Notes: generated from the letters alone by a model not told the origin. 64,000 bases of DNA from Eledone cirrhosa (GCA_964016885.1 OZ024743.1:281294001-281358000); one strand, 5' to 3'; positions 1 to 14,694 are shown, counted from the first letter of the stretch. Translations and numbers: made by a program.

Positions 1-396
1 CATACATACATAAATACCTGCATACATACATACATACATACGTACATGCATGTACGCATGCAAGCATACATACATACATATTTACATACATACACGCACG
101 CACGCATACATATATTCATACATACATACGTACATTCATACATACACACACGCACACAACCACATACCTTACACCTCCCCTTTTCATTGTGACTTCTTTT
201 CGTTTCGTCTGTTTTTTGGTTTACTCCGCCCTTTTTATTTTTTTTTATTTTTCATGTTTCAAACATCTTCTTCGCGTTCGTTCTTTCCTTCCTTCGTTCA
301 TTTGTTTATCATATTTGTTTGCTTGTTTTGTGGATGTCTTTTTAGTTTTATTTCTTTTACATATGTTATTGGTGATTCTAGTTGTTGTTGTTGTAG

Positions 397-427
<31 letters not shown>

Positions 428-576
428 CCTTATTACTATGTACTCGTTTTTTTGTTTATTTATTTATTGTCAATAGTATTGCTGTTAGTTGATGGTGTTT
501 CCCCTCCTTCATCTATATATATATATATGTGTGTGTGTGTGTGCGTGTGTGTGTAGATGTATAAATATATATATAC

Positions 577-632
<56 letters not shown>

Positions 633-643
633 ATGTATGTAGA

Positions 644-756
<113 letters not shown>

Positions 757-801
757 TTATATATATATATGTTTTTATATATTCATTTATATATATATAT
801 A

Positions 802-859
<58 letters not shown>

Positions 860-997
860 CAATCTGTTAGTTCTTCCTTGTTACTCCCGCCTTTGCCTTT
901 TTAATTCACTCTCAATGCAAATCACTATTTTCGCCACGAAAAATAAAATAACAAAAATAATAGCAACAACGACAACACAAACCAAAACTAAAGAAAA

Positions 998-1044
<47 letters not shown>

Positions 1045-1418
1045 TGCGCGCGCGCATGCAGTGAGAGAAAAACAAGCAAGCAAGCAAAGAATGGAGAGCT
1101 TTTTTATGGTGGTGTGGTGTAGTGGTGGTGATGTTATAGCGTTGTTGTGTTGTGTTGTGGGAAGTGGACATTATCGAGAAAGAAGAGCATTTGTTTTGGT
1201 GGAAATAAATAAATAATAACTAAATAAATAAATGCAAAAAAAAAAACTAAGAGGAATGTTAATTCTAGCTTTTTTGCAGCACGGTTTAACATTTTGGCAC
1301 ATTGACGCTTGTGCTAAATGACTTATAACAGAAGGTGTATCTGCTGAGAAGTTGGCAGAAAGACATTCTTGATACATTATTATTACTGAACTTGGACAGT
1401 GAAAATGAGAGAAAGAAA

Positions 1419-1472
<54 letters not shown>

Positions 1473-1651
1473 GGGGGGTGATAGATATGGGAAGATTATG
1501 AGGAAAGTAGTTGAATGAAAGCAAAGAATGGAAGTTATACAGATAGTTTGATATATACATACACAATTAGGTAGATATATAGAGAGATTGGGTGGAGAGA
1601 GATAGACAACCTGATACAGATACATAGATAGATAAACAGAGACAGACAGAC

Positions 1652-1721
<70 letters not shown>

Positions 1722-2475
1722 GTAAAACAAAAAATACAAATATGTAGAAAGATAGTTCGAAAATGATAGAGGGTGAAATAATATAGAAATATTGACGAAA
1801 AGAACGACAAAAAGGGGGGGAAATTGGTCTAGAAGGAAAAAAGTTGATGGTGGTGAAAAGAAAGGAACGAACGCACGCCCGTAATGTTGACCGGTCATAA
1901 CTAATAGGAGTAAACAGAAGAGAAAATGCCCTTGTGGCTAGTTGTATTCTATAGTGGTGAAGGGGTAAGCGGGAAATAGCAATGTTCGTTCGATAACAGA
2001 ATTATTACTATGATACCGACTGACAACAACAAGAGGAAAAAAAAATTGATCTGTTTTACCAGTTTATATGACAACCATCTTTCTTTTTCTTTGAGGACAA
2101 TCGTTCGCTGTATCCTCGGTAAAAAATAAATAAACAGATACAAATAAGTGATAAAATAAAAAGAAAGAAAATAGAATATCTATCACTCTTGTCAGGAAAA
2201 TATTAACCTTCTCTACAACACGATGGGAAATCAAATAGCCATTCACCCTCCCCGCGCTCTATTTTCCGTATCAATTTTATTTCTTTCGCGTTGTTTGTAT
2301 TAATCCGTTTCTTTACTTAGTAACATATTTTTTCTCTTTCTCTCTTTTTTCTTGTTTTTTGTTTGTTTGTTTCCTTTAGTGAATGTATAAAGTGTGTGCA
2401 TTTCTTTGTTTGTGTGACTGTTTGTATTATAGGTATATAAGATGGGGCCACATACACTCACACAGACTTACGTAT

Positions 2476-2551
<76 letters not shown>

Positions 2552-2659
2552 TGTGTGTATGTGTATGTGTGTGTGCTTGTGCATGTATATGTATATATAT
2601 ATGTATATATATATATATATATATCATTATATATATATATGTATATATATAATGATATA

Positions 2660-2692
<33 letters not shown>

Positions 2693-3249
2693 GTATATAT
2701 GTATGTATGTATGTATATATGTGTGTATATTTATATATATGTGTGTGTGTGTGTATATATATATGTGTATATATATATGTACATATACATATATATATAT
2801 ATGTACATATACACATATATATATATGTACATATACATGTATATATATATGTGTGTATATGTGTGTATGTGTATGCGTGTATCTGTATGTGTATGTGTGT
2901 GTGTGTGCGTGTACACAATTATATACAGAGACATAGATAGATAGAAATAGAGATGAGAGGGGGAAAAAGATAGAGAAATCTTGTGTATTATTTTTTTCTT
3001 CCTGTCTGTCTTTTTTTACTTTCTCTTGATATATTTATATATTTATTTATTTATTGCTTCTACTGGCGATTGCAATTGTCCGGAACGTTCAGGAGATTTA
3101 GACTTAATGCATTATTTCAATGGTGGTTTTTGTCCAATTAGGATTTCATAAAAGATCTCAAGCAAATACAGCTTACACCAAATTAGTAGACTCGTAGAAT
3201 CGGCGGAATGTTATTTCCTTGGCATTATTGACAAAAAAAAACGTGTATA

Positions 3250-3348
<99 letters not shown>

Positions 3349-3465
3349 ATGTATGTATGTGTGTGTATGTATATATATATATGTATGTATGTATGTGTGT
3401 ATGTGTGGGTGCGTGTGTGTATGTATATATGTATGTGTATATATATGTGTGTGTGTTTGTGTGAG

Positions 3466-3503
<38 letters not shown>

Positions 3504-4182
3504 TATATGAGATAAAGAAATGATGATGATATTTATAATAAGGATAATAATCGTAATAATAATAATGACAACAACATAAACAAAAGCAACAACTAGCGAA
3601 GAAAAAGAAGAATGGGGGGGGGGAGAATGGAAATGACCAAATAAATAAAAGTGTGTACTGTCCATCCATGCCAAATTTACAGTTTGGTTGAGAACAAAAA
3701 AAATTAGGGTGGAAACAGGGGTGGGTGGGTAAACAACAACAACAACAACGACACAACAATAATAACAACAACAACAACAATAATAATAATAATAATGATT
3801 TTTTTATTTATTGTATAATAATAATATTAGGTGTCAGGAAGACACTCGGCATATATCTCAGAAACAATAATGAAAGAAAATAAAAAAAAATAATAATAAT
3901 AATATTGATAATATTAGTAATATTAATATGATAGTAAAAAGTGATAGTAAAAAGACCAACAGTAGGAAGATAGAGAAAAAACAAAATGGTCATCAACAAC
4001 TGGCAGAATCATATAACAGCACTATGCTTTCAATGAGGTGAGGTCTCATGTTTGATGGCTACGTTGGCTTAGTTAAATATATATCATCAGAGTTTTGGTG
4101 TGTCCATATAAGACACTTTAGTCACATTAACCATTTGCTCTCTATCTCTCTGACTCTGACTCTCTCTCTCTCTCTCTCTCCC

Positions 4183-4227
<45 letters not shown>

Positions 4228-4404
4228 CTTATTTTCTATCTATCTCTCAGTTCTCTCTCATCCCATTTGCATAAAAATTGTTTTCAAACACTTAGAATGG
4301 GTGGGGCTTTTTTCTTTTGTTTTGTTTTTGTTTATTTTTTTTACTTTTTACATGTTCTGCTGTGTGTATATCATGTCCTCTTGTCGTTAGAGACGTATTT
4401 AACC

Positions 4405-4515
<111 letters not shown>

Positions 4516-5152
4516 TGTATGGGAGGTATGTGTGTGTGTATGTGTGCGTGTGTGTGGAGTGGGAGGTATGTGATGTATGGGAGGTATATGTGTGTGTATG
4601 TGTGTGTGTGTGTATGTGGAGTGTGAGATATGTGATGTATGGGAGGTATATGGGAGGTATATGTGTGTGCAGGAATGTAGTGTGTGAGATGTGTGATGTA
4701 TGTTTGTGTGTGTGTGTGTGCAGGAATGTGATGTGTGAGATATGTGATGTATGTGTGTGTGTGTCTGTGTGTGTGTGAGAGAGAGAGAGAGAGAGCCTGT
4801 GTGTGTTTGTGTGTGTGTTTGAAAATTGTTTTCAAATACTAAGTTCGGAGTTTTTGCATATTGTGTGTATATCATGCTTTAGTGTACTTAGAGATTTTCT
4901 CAGAATGTGTGCATATTTGCTTGTGTGGTATGCTACGATGTGGGGTAGTGTGATGTGATGTGGTGCGTGTGCGAGTGTGCGTGCCTGTGTGTGTTAAATG
5001 TGATATACATGAGACAGGTATGATATGTGTCGATTCTACCTGTGTCTTTCTGACTTTCTTTCTCGGCTATGTTCAAACCCCTACAACTCCATCAGGAGTT
5101 CATAGCCTATGGATGGTTGCATTCCTGTGTTTGCTTTGTTTCATTTATCAAC

Positions 5153-5223
<71 letters not shown>

Positions 5224-5444
5224 GTATATACACACACCTTTCTTTCTACATGTCTCTTCCCCCTTATCCCCTTTCTTCCTACTGTCACATGAATTTGTTC
5301 TGAATCTGTTACCCGGAGATTTACCCCTCTGCATTGAAAAGGCTTCCAAAACGGCCATTTTGCATATTCTACAATGTTTCAAGCAAACGTAAACTATCTC
5401 TGAAAGTAGTAGCGAAACATAAGTGAAAGTGAAACTAACATATT

Positions 5445-5589
<145 letters not shown>

Positions 5590-5596
5590 GTATATA

Positions 5597-5696
<100 letters not shown>

Positions 5697-5742
5697 CATA
5701 TATATATATATATATGTATATACATACATATATATATATATG

Positions 5743-5822
<80 letters not shown>

Positions 5823-5836
5823 CATACATATATATG

Positions 5837-5891
<55 letters not shown>

Positions 5892-5892
5892 G

Positions 5893-5960
<68 letters not shown>

Positions 5961-6071
5961 GTTATGGTGTAATAGTTCACTATTTTCATTGGTAAGATGA
6001 GTTAGGTTCAATGCACATTTTTACCCTTCGTTCTTCAGGAGTGAACAGTTATAATAGCAGAGAATTTATAA

Positions 6072-6372
6072 TTCAAAATTCAATAAGACCAAGGATTAAT
6101 ATTATTATTATTTATTCATACATCTACGGTCGTTTCAACACGACTAGAATATTTCATTATTTGTGGAGAAAAAAAGAGAGATATTATCAGTGAAGTAACT
6201 CCATTATAGGTGCTTTACTCTAAGCCTTCAGGAAATATATGAAAAAATAATAATAATCTGTTTTTCTACTTTGAATCTTGTATAATTCTTGAGAATGTGT
6301 CTTATGATTTAAAACAAATTATTGTTGTTTTTCTTTATTTTTCAATAATCCTTGGTCTTATTGAATGTTGAA
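6072..6372. mobile_element. Short element bounded by a 27-bp inverted repeat, probable decayed PLE terminus
   Basis: TTCAAAATTCAATAAGACCAAGGATTA (6072-6098) is the reverse complement of 6346-6372 with 1 mismatch. The minus strand inside has a degenerate hammerhead-like CTGAAGG...GAAA-CGACCG-TA. Confidence 0.45.
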
Positions 6373-6433
6373 GTGTATATATATATATACATGAATGTAT
6401 ATATAGTGTATTTTGAAATACTGCTTAATTAAA

Positions 6434-6508
<75 letters not shown>

Positions 6509-6609
6509 TGTATATATAGTGTATTTTGCAATACACTGTATGCTTAATTAAAAGCATTTCGAAGACCTTACGCTATTGTTTTAGAGTAGTGACAATCTCA
6601 CTTATTTTA

Positions 6610-6704
6610 ATTTTCAGCAAACAGGGGAGATAAAGCTGACAGAGCTCTGTTTCGCACTTTTTGGTGCTTATCAAAGCTAACTACTCCTCCTGTTTGCTGA
6701 AAAT
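6610..6704 (-). ncRNA. Type I hammerhead ribozyme, U3-A8 core variant, long helix I
   Basis: Minus strand reads AGCU-UUGAUAA-GCAC caaaaa GUGC-GAAA-CAGAGCUCUG-UC-AGCU (6678-6634), with a palindromic helix III and GUC cleavage triplet. It is enclosed by a 16-bp perfect stem (6610-6625/6689-6704). Confidence 0.85.
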
Positions 6705-6747
6705 CCCTCCCCTTCAAATTGCTGCCCTTATGCCTAAAGTAGAAACA

Positions 6748-6859
<112 letters not shown>

Positions 6860-7268
6860 ATTATTTCCGTGGAAAAGGTAAAGGAAAGAAGCGTGCTCTA
6901 TGTATGAGCTATTATTTATTTATTTACATATATTTATATATTTATATATTTATATATTTATTTATATATCTTTATATATTTATATATATTTCTTTATATA
7001 TTTGAATATATATTTATATATATTTATTTATATATATATATTAAGAAGAGAGACGGTTTTGCATATTTCATTTCAATTTAACACCTGTTATATGCATTTG
7101 AATTGTAATTAAATGTCCTTATGTCATAGTTATTTAATGCATTGTCGTCAGACAAATGTTGAAAATGTAAACAATGTTTTTAATATACCTCCTGTTGAAA
7201 GGATGTTTTTCAATAGGGTCACAGCAAGCATGTGTGTGTGTGTGTGTGCGTGTGTGATTGTGTGTGTG

Positions 7269-7339
<71 letters not shown>

Positions 7340-7342
<3 letters not shown>

Positions 7343-7875
7343 ATGTCGCTCTGGTAGCATGTAAGCCAGTACAACCTGTGCATGGTCGGGTCGTCGGCGA
7401 CTAAAACGGCAACCCCACCAAGCTTGCTTGGTGAAAGGGGTGATTTTGAGCACCTTGCGGGATGAAAAACAAAACCCAAAGGCCGAAGGAACCCCAGGAG
7501 AGTCAACGGCCATCCAATAAAGTTATTTTTGTGTGTGTGGAGCGAGAGATTCCAAGGCTTCATTAAGAAATCTCTCTAGGAGAAGGTCACTCAGATATAA
7601 AACCTGCGACTTCGTTTGCATCCAATGATGTAGACCAGTTCTTCTTTTGGGACAGAGAGCGGGATTGGCCCCATACAAAACCTTTCCTTGCTTAAAAAAG
7701 CTTCAAGCACAGGCATCGCTTGATATGTGACATTTTTGCGATGCATGACATTGCTGGCCGTAGGCAAGTCCCTAGCAGGACTAAAAAGCTACGTCCGTGA
7801 AACTGATGCTTAAGTATCAAGCGATGGCATTACTCGAAATCGAGTTGCTGCCAACATGTATGTATGTACGTATGT
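7340..7875 (+). mobile_element. Non-autonomous RTE-derived element (5' UTR fused to 3' end, (TGTA)n tail)
   Basis: Colinear homology with 25522-26135 (CCAGTACAACCTGT, GGCAACCCCACCAAG, CTAGGAGAAGG, GGACTAAAAAG), terminal hairpin ACTCGAAATCGAGT and a TGTA tail. Confidence 0.65.
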
Positions 7876-8392
7876 ATATTAGCATAGTATCCGTAAAAAA
7901 AGATGGGATTTATAATTTTCAAATATTTAATTTAATAATTCCTTCATTACAACTTTATATGTAAAGATGCTTGAATTCTCTGGTATTCTCAACGTTCTCC
8001 CTCTTATGACTGAGGCCATTGCCGTATTTCATTATTTAGTCTTTGAAAATAAATTACAATAATTTTCTTCCAGATTTTTTTTAATGATTATCAAACATAT
8101 ACCCACTATCCATTTATCTATCTATATCTGTCTATCCATATTTTTTTATCTATAGCTATATGTATCTATTTATATCTTTCTATCTATCAATCTATCTTCG
8201 GACTGCTATTGGGATTTGCACTTTGTTGTTGTTATTGTTGTTCTTGTCCGAAGATAGATACATTGATAAATATACGTAAATAGATAACTATAGATTTACA
8301 GTAAAACTGACAAACAGATGTGAGGGTAAGTAAATTGCTAGATATACAGATTTGTAGGTAGATAAAAGACAGGTATATAAATAGATAGATAT

Positions 8393-8740
8393 ATTTCTTT
8401 ATTTACCATAAAGGCATAAAAAGAAGGGACAAATACAAAGGGGGGAGTTTACATACAATCGAGTAAAAAGGGTATAACATGAAAATAATCGAAAATAACC
8501 TCAAAAGGGAGTGGACGTGATGGGGGTTGCACACACACCCCCCCCCCCCCCCCGAAAAAGTGTGCAATCCTTTGCCCGGGGAGCACATGGAGAAGGTGCT
8601 CCCCTCTCCTTTATTTCTTTACCTACAGGATGGTATACAGAGAAGGCCCATTTACACGAGCCATTCTCGCCACTATCACCCACCTTTCATAAAACTGCCT
8701 GTGGCCAAGCACCTCTCTCTCCATTCTTATCCTTCTTCTG
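8393..8740 (-). mobile_element. 5'-truncated 3'-end copy of the adjacent Tx1/L1-like LINE
   Basis: Near-identical to 8805-9140. Ends in AATAAAGAAAT followed by TATC repeats. Confidence 0.93.
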
Positions 8741-8744
8741 GTAT

Positions 8745-8775
<31 letters not shown>

Positions 8776-8805
8776 TATAGATAGATAGATAGATAGATAG
8801 ATAGA
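8745..8805. repeat. (GATA)n microsatellite between the two LINE copies
   Basis: Direct reading. Confidence 0.97.
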
Positions 8806-9023
8806 TTTCTTTATTTACCATAAAGGCATAAAAAGAAGGGACAAATACAAAGGGGGAGTTTACATACAATCGAGTAAAAAGGGTATAAAATGAAAATAAT
8901 CGAAAATAACCTCAAAAGGGAGGGGACGTGATGGGGGTTGCACACACCCCCGAAAAAAAAGTGTGCAATCCTTTGCCCGGGGAGCACATGGAGAAGGTGC
9001 TCCCCTCTCCTTCACTTCTTTAC

Positions 9024-12000
9024 CTACAGGATGGTATACAGAGAAGGCCCATTTACACGAGCCATTCTCGCCACTATCACCCATCTTTCATAAAACTGCC
9101 TGTGGCCAAGCACCTCTCTCTCCATTCTTATCCTTCTTCCGAAGTGATATCGGAAGAAGTAGACCAGACTATGGCCAGGGAGGAAGTTGCCTGACCTCAG
9201 ACCTTTCAATCGTGTCCACCAAACAACCTCTTTCAACATGGCTATTACGCACAGAAAAACCGCCTTTGCTTCCTTTGTGAAGAGGGGAGGCGGTTTGATT
9301 GTCATCATGGACTCGGCGGTCAATTGAATCGGCGCCACCCGCGACAGCAGTTGTTCGGCGTAGCCCCACAGATCAGCCACGCCCGGACATTGCACCAATG
9401 CGTGCGCAACGGTTTCTTCGTGACGCACGCATCTAGGGCAAATCTTTTTTGAGGGATCCCTGCCCGGGCGCCCGTGTCTGTAGAGCCTCTCTCGAACGGG
9501 TAGAGCCCCCCGGTAGCACTGCCAGGCTAGTGACTTCTGGAAGTTGTCCATTGGTCCCGGGCCGAAAGTCCTACCGAACAGGCTGGCCAGTTCGTCCTCT
9601 TCCATGTCCAGCGACTCTCCAAGGGCGTCATCGCCCCTGCTAGCCCCCAGCCCTCTATAGAATGATGAGGTGGATTCTCCACCGATGGCCTGGCCCACTT
9701 GCCAGAGAGCCCTGAGCGCCTGAGTACACTCAGTGTGCCAGTCTCCCAGTTTTCCGGATCTTTGCTTGACCCAGGACTGCAGCTCGGTGAGCGAGACGAG
9801 TCTCGGAAAGGCTCGTTTCACGAACGGAGCCCACACCGGTTGACCAGTGAGGAATACCTGTAGGTGCCGTAGCCTTAATGCGTGCCTACGCATCATCAAC
9901 CACGGCATCCCCAGCCCTCCTTTCGAAGGTTGTTGGCAGCAGATGGATCTTCTCACCATAGGAGGGCGCTTCTTCCAAAGAAATTGGAAGAGCATGCGTT
10001 CCATGGTGGTGAGTGTTTCCTTAGGGCAAGGCACGACAGTCAGGCGGTAGTAAGTGACGGACGCTATGTAAATGTTCGCCACCTCCGCCCGGCCTTTTAG
10101 GGACAGCTTACACTTGGCCCATTTCTGGGTTAGTGCAAACACCTTGTTCGTAACCTCGTCCCAGTTCTTTTCCACCTGGAGGTCCGGTCCAAACCAGACC
10201 CCAAGCAACTTTACCGGGCCCTCCGTCCAGTGTCCGACGACACCGTCGGGAGGCATCGGTCTGCCTCTCCATGTTCTGAGTTGCAGCCCGATGGATTTTT
10301 CCCGGTTCAGTTTCGCTCCTGACAACCTTTCGTAATCCTCCAGTAAGGTACCGATCGCCTCGATTTCCGAGTCGGTCGATACCATTACTGTTACGTCATC
10401 GGCGTAGGCCGACACCGCTTTGCTCAATCCTGGTTCAACTCTAACTTCCTCAGTAAAGGCTCGAGAGTCAATACGTACAGAGAGGGCACCCCTGTCGAAT
10501 GGATCGTGTGATTTCGAACGGCTTCGAAAGGTAGCCGTTCACCTTGATCCTAGAACAGATGTGGTCGCTATGTAAGGCAGTGATCCAGCCTCTGAAAACA
10601 GGACCGAACCCAGCCGCCGCTAGCACCGCATTCAGGTAACCATGGTCGACCCTATCGAAGGCCTTAGACTGATCCAAGTTGATCAGGGCCCCACCGAAGC
10701 CGGGTTTGTTTCCAACCCTCTCTATGATGTATCGCATGAGGTGGAGGTTATCGTGAATGGACCTGGATGGGATAGCACATGTCTGCGCATCTCCCACCAG
10801 GCTACCCACGACAAGCGCCAACCTCTTTGCTAACACCTTGGCCAAAATCTTTAACTCTGTGTTTAACAGGGTTATGGGCCGAAAATTATTTATACTATCC
10901 TCCTTGTTCTCGTCCTTCCTCACCAGCGAGACTACGCCCTTGGCTACAGAAAAGGAATTCTCCCGTTCTGCTGCCAATTGCAGTAGACCGCTTCGAGGAG
11001 TTCGGAGAAGAAGACCGGCATTGCTAAATAAAGTTCGTAATGTATACCATCGAGACCTGGAGATTTGCGTCTGCTGCATTGGCTCAGCGCATCTCCGATC
11101 TCATCAGCCGAGATTGGTCCCTCGCAGGACTCTGCCTCTTCGCTCGAGAGACGCGGCAGGTCGTCGAGGTATGGACCGAAATCCACGTCCCCGCCCGGAC
11201 CCTCGCCTCCCCCGAATAATCGGGCAAAGTGCCTTTGAAAGGCCTCGCACATCTGCTTAGGCTCCCGGATCACCCGTCCATCCTCGTCTTGCAACGACCG
11301 GATGGTGGATCGATTTCCACTCTTAGCTTCTGTCACGCGGGCCCAGCCAACGGCTTTGGCCCCCTCATTACCTAGAGCACGTATTTTACTTCGAATGACG
11401 CAGCCTTCGTGCTTTGCATCGAAAAACTGGTTCAAGGCCGTCCTCGATGCCAGCACTCTGGCCACATCTTCGCTCTTGATTGCCTCTTCTAATTTACCTG
11501 TTAATTCTTTCTCGTTTCTATTCCTATCGCCAGCTAACATCTTGCTATAACTTATTGATTCTGTTCTAATCTCTCTTTTGAGAGATGCCCACCATCGGTT
11601 GTTGACGATTGCACCCGTCAACCTCTCCTTAACTAATCTGCTAATCCGGTTTCTGTAAGTCTCTTTTGCCGGTAAAGACAAATTAAGTTTCCAGTAACCG
11701 GGACCCTGTTTATGTGTTTTCTCGAGATTGACTACGCAGGTCACTAATTTGTGATCCGTATAGCCAACCGTGCGCATTTCTGGACAGCTTAATATGTCCC
11801 TATCCTTACTTCTAACTAAGAATCTATCTAAGTACGATCTAGATTGACCACTGTGGTTTCTCCAAGTCCAGGTAGGCACAGTTGGAAAATCTAGTCGATA
11901 TCTATCGACCAAGTTAAAATGGTCGAGTAACCCCTTGAGGCTGTTACACCCCCCTCTATTAGGACATGCTCCTGCATAGTCCCAACGTGCATCTAGGGTG

Positions 12001-12431
12001 TCATTCCAATCCCCCGCTAGAAGCAGGGAACGTGACGTTCCCAGAAAAGTCTCCAAACGCTGAAAGAAGTCGGGCCGTTCAGCTCCGAAAGGGGAGTAGA
12101 CGGCGACCAGTCTCAAGGCCGCACCTTCACTACTGCCAACGTCTAGCACCAACAAACGACCCTCCGGGTCTGAGTGCACAACCTGTACGGCAAGACCCAG
12201 GTGTTTTTGCAGCAGTACGACAACCCCACCCCCACCTCCAGGTTGACAGAGAGATGCATGCACCTCAAAGTCATCGAAGGTAGGGGCCAGCTGCCGCACG
12301 ACGCTGATCCGAGTCTCACAGATAACCATTACATTTATACCACATGACCTGAGGTCATTTAGAAGCTTTGCTTGCTTCCAAGTTGAACCCAGGCCACGTG
12401 CATTCAAACATCCTATTCTTAACACATCCAT
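9024..12431 (-). pseudogene. LINE ORF2 (APE endonuclease + reverse transcriptase + C-terminal CCHC), frameshifted
   Basis: LNARGL, ICETR, AGDWN, SYLDRF, TDH (APE); GPGYWKLN; KSPGLDG, FRPITLLNTELKILAK, DQSKAFDRVDH, RQGCPL, YADD (RT); CPRC..HALVQC. Frame breaks near 10950, 10480 and 10435. Confidence 0.93.
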
Positions 12432-12464
12432 GTGGGCGGCAGAGCCAAAGGAGAGTGTAGAGAC

Positions 12465-14200
12465 CTACCTTTCCGCTTCCCGGGGTTCGGGTCGCACGAC
12501 TTCCATGGGGTCGGGGGTGTTGGGTGAAGGGGTGTCTTGTGGTGGTGTGGGGTCGTCAGTGTGTGGTGTGGTTGGGGTGTTTGGAGTTGTGTTGGGGAGA
12601 GGAAGGGGAGGGGGAAAGCTTTTTAGTAGGACGCGGTTTATGGGTTTGACAGAGGTTGGTCCTACGTCCTCCTTAAAATCCTTTTTTAGTTTTTGGTAGA
12701 GGTTCATTGGGATCTTTGTTAATTTTAAATGCGGGTAGTTTTCTGAAGAAACAAAGTTTACACCTTCGGTTTGTACCGAAGGATTATTGTTTATGAGTTC
12801 ATTTAATTTATTATTGTTTCTGTTGATGTAAGTATAGTGTAATGTCTTTTTTTCGGATGGTGTGAGTGTTTCGAAGAAGGGAGGGGCAGGTTTGGTTTTG
12901 TTTGTTGCTGGAGGGGTGTTTTGTGTTTTGTTGGATTGTGTTGACATTTGGGTGGGGGTTGTTTGGCCTTGTGTGTTTTGCACATGTTTTCTTTTTTTCC
13001 TTTTAATCTGTCTGAAGGACTCCGTTTCTTCCTCCGAATTCGTTGGGTTATCTTCAGTGTTGGAGGGAAGAGGTATGTTTGCTGGTAATGTTTCCGTGTT
13101 GGTTTTCTTTGTGGGGGAGATGGATGTCACTATGTTAGACTGTGTTGTGTGTTGTGGCTGCGGTGGTTGTGTTGTTTTATTGAGTGAGGGGTTGGGTGGG
13201 CCTGTATTTTGTTTTGGGGTAATGTGTTGTGACTGTTTGTGTTGTGGTGGTGGTGTAGTTTTACTGAGGGACGGGTTGGGTGGGACTGAGTTTTGTTGTT
13301 TGTTTATCTGTTGTGGTGGTGGAGCTGGTGTTGGGAGCAGGGTTTTCTTTTTGTTGTGTTGGGGACAAGCGCCCTTCAGGTGCCCTCTGCCTGCACAGAT
13401 ATGACAGGACGGCCTTCTCCCCTCCACGCTAATGTTTATATACCCGTGGCCCTCTAATAGGATTCTGTCGGGTATTTGGGCGATGCGTTCAGGCTTTATT
13501 TGCACTACCAGCTCTATACCTGTTCCACTGAACGCATTGCCTGTGGTTTTCCCAATGGAAATCACGTTGTCATTCACTGGATCGATGAAGCCAGCTATGA
13601 GCCAGCAGTAGTCCACATCTGGCATCATTGCATCCAGCCATATGCGTTGAGTTCTTTTACCCATATAAGATGGATAAAAGGTAAAATTTTTCGAACGAAT
13701 CGGTGACAAAGCACATTTTTTTGCCGCCGATTCGTTCTTCATAATAATTGCTAGGCTTCCATACAGTCTGTCTTTTCTTATGAAAGTGGTTTCATTAAGT
13801 ATTTCTGTGAGTACTGTTTTGATGTCTGCTTGAGTTGGCTGTTCAGGTTTTTTTGAAGTGTTGTTGATGGTGCGGAACACGACCGTTCGACTTTCAATGT
13901 CTTTGGTGAGTTCTTGAGGCATTTTTACCGATAAAATACCATTCTCTCCTTCACTTATGTATTGTTTGGCGTCTGTGATTCTTTGTGCCACATCTGAAAT
14001 ATTTTCAGGTATATATGTCAAAGATTTCTTTGTTGTTTGTGCAAATGAAATCTTGTTGGTGTTGACTTTGTCGTCTGCTTTGCTTTCTGTTATGGTGTTG
14101 TTTTCAAATGTTATTTTTGTGTTTGTTGTGTCTTTGTTTGTGGTATTAGTATTGTCATGCAATTTTTCAACATTTTTTTTTTTTCGTTGTTGGAATCCAT
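12465..14200 (-). CDS. LINE ORF1 (RNA-binding protein with CCHC zinc knuckle)
   Basis: 565-aa ORF with CHICAGRGHLKGAC and a P/Q/T-rich tail, ending 33 nt before the ORF2 ATG. The likely start is ATG 14200 (MDSNNEKKK), with a 1-nt slip in an A12 run. Confidence 0.8.
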
Positions 14201-14605
14201 GTCCAGATTTGTGTTTTCGTCATTTTTCTCCGCAGATTCGTTTGTTTTTATTTTATTTTTTCCTTCCTTCTCTATGACGTTAGTTGGGAAGGAAGGGGGG
14301 ACTAAAGCGTGCGAGCTTACAACTCTTACCGCTGTCCCCCACCACTATTTTCGTTCGCTTCGTTTAACATTTCTGTCAGACGATTGAAATTTTTTTTGCC
14401 ACAACATTTTTAAAAACAGGTTTTTCACCTCTAGGAGGGGTAAAGATGAGCTGACCCACCGCCTGACAGTTCAGACGGGGGGGGTCAAGCTACACAATAG
14501 TATCAAAATTAAATTTGAACTTACAAATTTTCCGCAATAAATTTGAACAAAACTTCTGCGCGAAGTGAATTACATCTACACTGTAGAACAGACGACAGCT
14601 AGATT

Positions 14606-14694
<89 letters not shown>

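Larger units (their letters stand above)
8805..14603 (-). mobile_element. Near full-length Tx1/L1-clade non-LTR retrotransposon (about 5.8 kb)
   Basis: About 400-nt 5' UTR, ORF1 with a CCHC knuckle, ORF2 APE-RT-zinc finger, short 3' UTR with AATAAA. (GATA)n on both flanks. Confidence 0.93.

Noticed and set aside
4015-4098. Minus-strand CTGATGA...GAAA-GCA-TA
   Set aside because: Helices I and II pair poorly; at best a decayed hammerhead.
5975-6047. Minus-strand GTTCACTC-CTGAAGA...GAAA-AT-AGTGAAC
   Set aside because: Helix III and the cleavage site are missing; possible remnant only.
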